A stretch of 64,000 nucleotides of DNA from Candidatus Latescibacterota bacterium (lineage in GTDB: Bacteria > Latescibacterota > UBA2968 > GCA-2709665): NCBI GenBank assembly GCA_965222075.1, contig OZ244937.1:928001-992000 (forward strand). The letters run 5' to 3'. Both the position numbers and the translations under genes were made by a program. The notes under the pieces were generated by a model that saw nothing but the letters and a program-made list of their open reading frames with translations, was not told the DNA's origin and searched no databases. The number at the start of each line of letters is the position of its first letter. The first letter of the stretch is position 1. This document shows, in pieces, positions 60,296 through 64,000 of this stretch.

Positions 60296-61395
60296 AGATT
60301 ACCCGATTAGACTTAGATGCCGTCCACGTCAACCATCGGGGGGATTGGGCCTTTGTCCATGTGCATACGGACGAGGGGATCCGGGGGATCGGGGAGCTTC
60401 GGGCGGGAAAGAACTACGGGGGGCGAGTCCGGGCGGTGCGCGAGCTGGAAGCGATGCTGGTGGGGCGGGATGCCCGCCGGATCGAGCAGGTCGTTTGGAA
60501 GTTTACGCAAGGGGATGCCGGCCGGGACCGGATCAGCGCGGTCAGCGCAGTTGAACAGGCGCTCTGGGATATCCTGGGGAAGGCGCTCGGGGTGCCGGTT
60601 CACACCCTGCTGGGGGGGGCGTGCCGGGAGGCGATCCGGCTTTATGCGAATATCAACCGGGCGACCACGGACCGGACGCCGGAAGGGTTTGCCCAACATG
60701 CGGCCGCTGCTGCCGCAGAGGGGTTCGACGCGGTGAAGCTGGCGCCATTTGACGGAATGCCGGCAAAGATGGACAGCGCGAAAGAGGCCCGGGAGGGCAT
60801 CGCCTGCATGTACGCGGTGCGGGAGGCGATCGGGCCGGACGTGGACCTGTTGATCGACTGCCACAGCCACTTCACGGTCAAGGGTGCTCTGGAGGTGGCC
60901 GACGCGCTTCGAGACCTGGACCTGTTCTGGTTTGAACAGCCGACGCCCGAGACCGATCTTGAGGAGGTGCTGAAGGTCAAGGAGCGGTGCGGCATCCGCA
61001 CGGCGGGGGGCGAACAGCGGATGCTCCGGCAGGGGTTTCGGGAGGTGCTGGAGAGGAGGGCGATGGATGTGGTGATGCCGGATGTGACGGTGGTGGGAGG
61101 GATCGGAGAGCTCAAAAAGGTGGGCGAGATGGCGGAGGCCTGGGGCGCGCCTACATCGCCGCACGGCCCGTTCGGGCCGGTGGCGATCGCGGCCGGGGTG
61201 CAGGCGATGGCGGCCCATCCCGGTTTTCTGATCTTGGAATACGGTTGGGGGGAGGTGCCCTGGCGGGACGCTTTGACCCTCCCTCCGGAACGAATCGAAA
61301 ACGGGCGGATCGCCCTGACCGACCGGCCTGGCCTCGGGCTGGAGCTGAACCCCGATGTGGTGGAGGCGCATCGGATGTCGGATGTCGGAAATTGA
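60292..61395 (+). CDS. Mandelate racemase/galactonate dehydratase-like enolase
   Basis: ALWDILGK, IDCH, FEQP, GGE, PH, LE, PGLG. Confidence 0.88.
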   Translation: MKITRLDLDAVHVNHRGDWAFVHVHTDEGIRGIGELRAGKNYGGRVRAVRELEAMLVGRDARRIEQVVWKFTQGDAGRDRISAVSAVEQALWDILGKALGVPVHTLLGGACREAIRLYANINRATTDRTPEGFAQHAAAAAAEGFDAVKLAPFDGMPAKMDSAKEAREGIACMYAVREAIGPDVDLLIDCHSHFTVKGALEVADALRDLDLFWFEQPTPETDLEEVLKVKERCGIRTAGGEQRMLRQGFREVLERRAMDVVMPDVTVVGGIGELKKVGEMAEAWGAPTSPHGPFGPVAIAAGVQAMAAHPGFLILEYGWGEVPWRDALTLPPERIENGRIALTDRPGLGLELNPDVVEAHRMSDVGN

Positions 61396-61407
61396 CAGGA
61401 GGCGGAG

Positions 61408-62266
61408 ATGTTTAAGAGCCTGTCGCCGGGCACGATCGGGGTTAACACGACGCTGACCGAAGGCCTGGCGTATGCGGCGGCCGGGGGATTTCAGGGGCTG
61501 GACGTGGGCATCGGGGGGGTGGCGGCGTTGGTGGAGGAGAAAGGGGCCGGTCACGTGGTGGGGCTGTTTGAAGAGGTGGGGTTGAAGATCGGCGCCTGGG
61601 GGCTGCCGGTGGCCTGGAAGGGGCCGGAGGATGCGTATCGAAAAGACTTAGAGGCCCTGCCTGCGCTGGCCGAGGCCGGAGCGGCCGTGGGGGCGTTTCG
61701 GGTGGCAATATGGGTGAGTCCTGCTTCGGGTGAGCGGCGGTTCAGGGAGAATTTCCGGTGGCACGTATCGCGGTTTCGGCCGATCTGCGAGATTTTGAAG
61801 GACCACGGCTGCAGCCTGGGGCTGGAGTTTATCGGGCCGCGAACACTGCGGGTGGAGGAGGGCTTCGGGTTTATCCACACGATGGACGGGATGCTCGGCC
61901 TGTGTGAGACCATCGGAACGGGGAACGTGGGGCTGCTGCTGGACTGCTGGCACTGGTATACCGGCCTGGGGACGCTTTCGGACCTGAGGGCGCTCAGGTC
62001 CCGAAGATGTGGTACACGTCCACGTGAACGATGCCCCGGCGGGCGTGGACGTGGCCGAGCAGATCGACAACCGACGGGCGCTTCCCGCAGAGACGGGGGT
62101 GATCGACCTGGTGGGGTTCTTGAAGGTTTTGAAGGGGATCGGGTACGAGGGTCCGGTGACACCGGAGCCGTTCAGCCAGCGGGTGCGGGAACTGCCCGCA
62201 GAGGAGGCGGTCCGGGAGACGGGCGCGGCCCTGGATGCGGCCTGGCGGGCGGCAGGTCTGGGTTAA
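61408..62266 (+). CDS. Sugar phosphate isomerase/epimerase (xylose isomerase-like TIM barrel), frameshift near 61999
   Basis: LEFIG and LLDCWH in one frame; HVHVND, R.LP..G..D and EPF in the other. Confidence 0.8.
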
Positions 62267-62285
62267 ACTAAAGGAGGGTACGGGG

Positions 62286-62852
62286 ATGGAGACATTCGCA
62301 GCGGAATACATCGCCGAGAACCAGCGCCTTCTTGCATCGCTGGATCCTGCCGAGATCGCCGGGGTGATCGAGATTGTGCGGCAGGCCGGAGCATCGGGCA
62401 ACCGGATCTACGCAGTCGGCAACGGAGGAAGTGCGAGCACGGCGTCCCACTTTGTGAACGATATGGGCAAGGGGGCTTCGCTGGGTCGGGAAAGGCGGTT
62501 CAAGGTGATCCCGCTGACCGACAACGTGGCGTGGATGACGGCGCTGAGCAACGACCTCTGCTATGAGGATGTGTTTGTAGAACAGCTCCGGAACTTTGCG
62601 GAGCCGGGCGATGTGCTGATTGCCATCAGTGGGAGCGGGAACTCGGAGAACGTGCTCAAAGCGGTGCGCTACGCCAACCAGGTGGGGTGCCGTACGGTCG
62701 GGTTTGCCGGGTTTAAGGGCGGGAAGCTGAAGGACCTTGTCCAGCACTGCATTGTGGTGGATGCGGACCACATGGGACGGATTGAGGATATGCACATGAT
62801 GCTTCAGCATATGATCTGTTACTACTTTATGGATCGGGAACCGGCGACGTGA
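62286..62852 (+). CDS. SIS-domain phosphoheptose isomerase-like protein (GmhA-like)
   Basis: GNGGSA..ASH, ND, ISGSGNSEN, ED.H...H. Confidence 0.85.
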   Translation: METFAAEYIAENQRLLASLDPAEIAGVIEIVRQAGASGNRIYAVGNGGSASTASHFVNDMGKGASLGRERRFKVIPLTDNVAWMTALSNDLCYEDVFVEQLRNFAEPGDVLIAISGSGNSENVLKAVRYANQVGCRTVGFAGFKGGKLKDLVQHCIVVDADHMGRIEDMHMMLQHMICYYFMDREPAT

Positions 62853-63922
62853 TGGTCTGCCATGTGGTGTGGACGGTATGGGCCGTCTGTCTGTTCGGTC
62901 TGGATCTGGATGCAGGGTACTACCTCCACCTGGTCCGGGGGCAGTTCCGGCTGCTCTGGGACCGGCAGCCGATCGAACGGCTGCTGAAACGGTCCGACCT
63001 GGACCCGGAGGTGCGGGAGCGGCTCCGGTTTGTGCAGGAGGTCCGCGCGTTTGCCGAAGGTGAGGTCGGGCTTTCCCGTTCGAAGAATTACACCTCGTTT
63101 TGTGATATCGGCGACGGGCCGGTCTCCTGGAATTTGACCGCCTGTCCCAAAGACGGGCTGGAGCCGGTGCGCTGGACCTACCCGGTGGTGGGACGTTTCC
63201 CCTACCGGGGTTATTTTGACCGAAAGCGGGCGCAGCGAGAGCGGGATCGGCTGGCGCGGGAGGGTTACGATACCTATCTTCGGCCGGTCGGCGCCTACAG
63301 TACGCTGGGGTGGTTTCAGGATCCGGTCCTGAGTCCCATGTTGCGCTACCGGGACGAAGACCTGGTAGATCTGCTCGTCCACGAGTTGACGCATGCGACG
63401 GTCTGGATTTCGGGAGATGTGGTGTTTAACGAGAGCCTGGCCACGTTTGTTGGAGGGGCCGGGGCCCTCCTTTTTATGGAGTCCCGCTACGGTTCGGGTT
63501 CGTCCGAGGTAAAAGGGATGCTGGACCGGCGTGCGGATCGGCGCCTCTTCAAGGCGTTTATGCACGAGGTCGCCGGCGAACTGGAAACCCTTTATGCGTC
63601 CGATCTGTCTTATGATGAAAAGCTGGACCGGCGGGAAGCCGTCTTTGAGGGGGCCAGGACGCGGTTTGCCGAACTGCCTCTGAAGACGAAACTCTACAGC
63701 AGCTTCCCCAGGTGGAAGCTGAACAACGCCTGGATGATGGCCTATAAGACCTACCACCAGGAGATCGATGTGTTCGACCGGGTCTACAGGGCCGTCGGCC
63801 GGGACTTGAAGGCGGCGGTGGCGGTTTTCAAGGGGTGTGAAAGGGCGGAGGGTGCGGGGGCGTATCTGGAGGACTGGCTGGAAAGGCAGAGGACAGGATC
63901 TGCCGATTCGCCGGTTCGTTGA
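62849..63922 (+). CDS. Putative zinc aminopeptidase
   Basis: PYRGYF, AYSTLGWF.DP, HELTH, FNESLA. Confidence 0.82.
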   Translation: MMVCHVVWTVWAVCLFGLDLDAGYYLHLVRGQFRLLWDRQPIERLLKRSDLDPEVRERLRFVQEVRAFAEGEVGLSRSKNYTSFCDIGDGPVSWNLTACPKDGLEPVRWTYPVVGRFPYRGYFDRKRAQRERDRLAREGYDTYLRPVGAYSTLGWFQDPVLSPMLRYRDEDLVDLLVHELTHATVWISGDVVFNESLATFVGGAGALLFMESRYGSGSSEVKGMLDRRADRRLFKAFMHEVAGELETLYASDLSYDEKLDRREAVFEGARTRFAELPLKTKLYSSFPRWKLNNAWMMAYKTYHQEIDVFDRVYRAVGRDLKAAVAVFKGCERAEGAGAYLEDWLERQRTGSADSPVR

Positions 63923-64000
63923 TTCTGTGTCAACCGCCTGGGAACTCAAAAGGGTCTACAGGAAGATTTACCGCAGGGTCGAGCACATCCCGGAGGGGAC

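Overview
GC-rich bacterial window. A cohesin plus FlgD-Ig 'NPFNPST' secreted protein, FGE-sulfatase proteins and sugar-acid catabolism genes suggest Candidatus Latescibacterota or a relative; this is inference only. Housekeeping and catabolic blocks (cobA-hemD, DAACS symporter, two TonB receptors, pcm, galU, purN-purC-mreBC, asd, CE7 esterases, CehA/McbA-like hydrolase, a 55-64 kb sugar cluster) alternate with accessory regions. (1) At 2.1-3.7 kb is a decayed diversity-generating retroelement: an FGE/CLec target with a VR-like end and a truncated avd cut by an IS5 fragment; no RT or TR was seen. (2) At 26.3-28.9 kb an intact three-gene TIGR04255 / unknown / ART-like module lies inside a destroyed type I R-M locus. 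(3) At 29.3-33.6 kb is a metal-uptake operon led by a CxxC-RAPP uORF. (4) At 36.7-55.0 kb is an ~18 kb integrase-less integron cassette array with about 17 attC-like sites, 8 TA pairs (5 with broken toxins), two ART-fold cassettes and a HisG-HisE fusion cassette. Three attC loops carry a 23-bp palindrome that appears to insert repeatedly into its own centre. All calls come from reading motifs by eye; no database searches were run.
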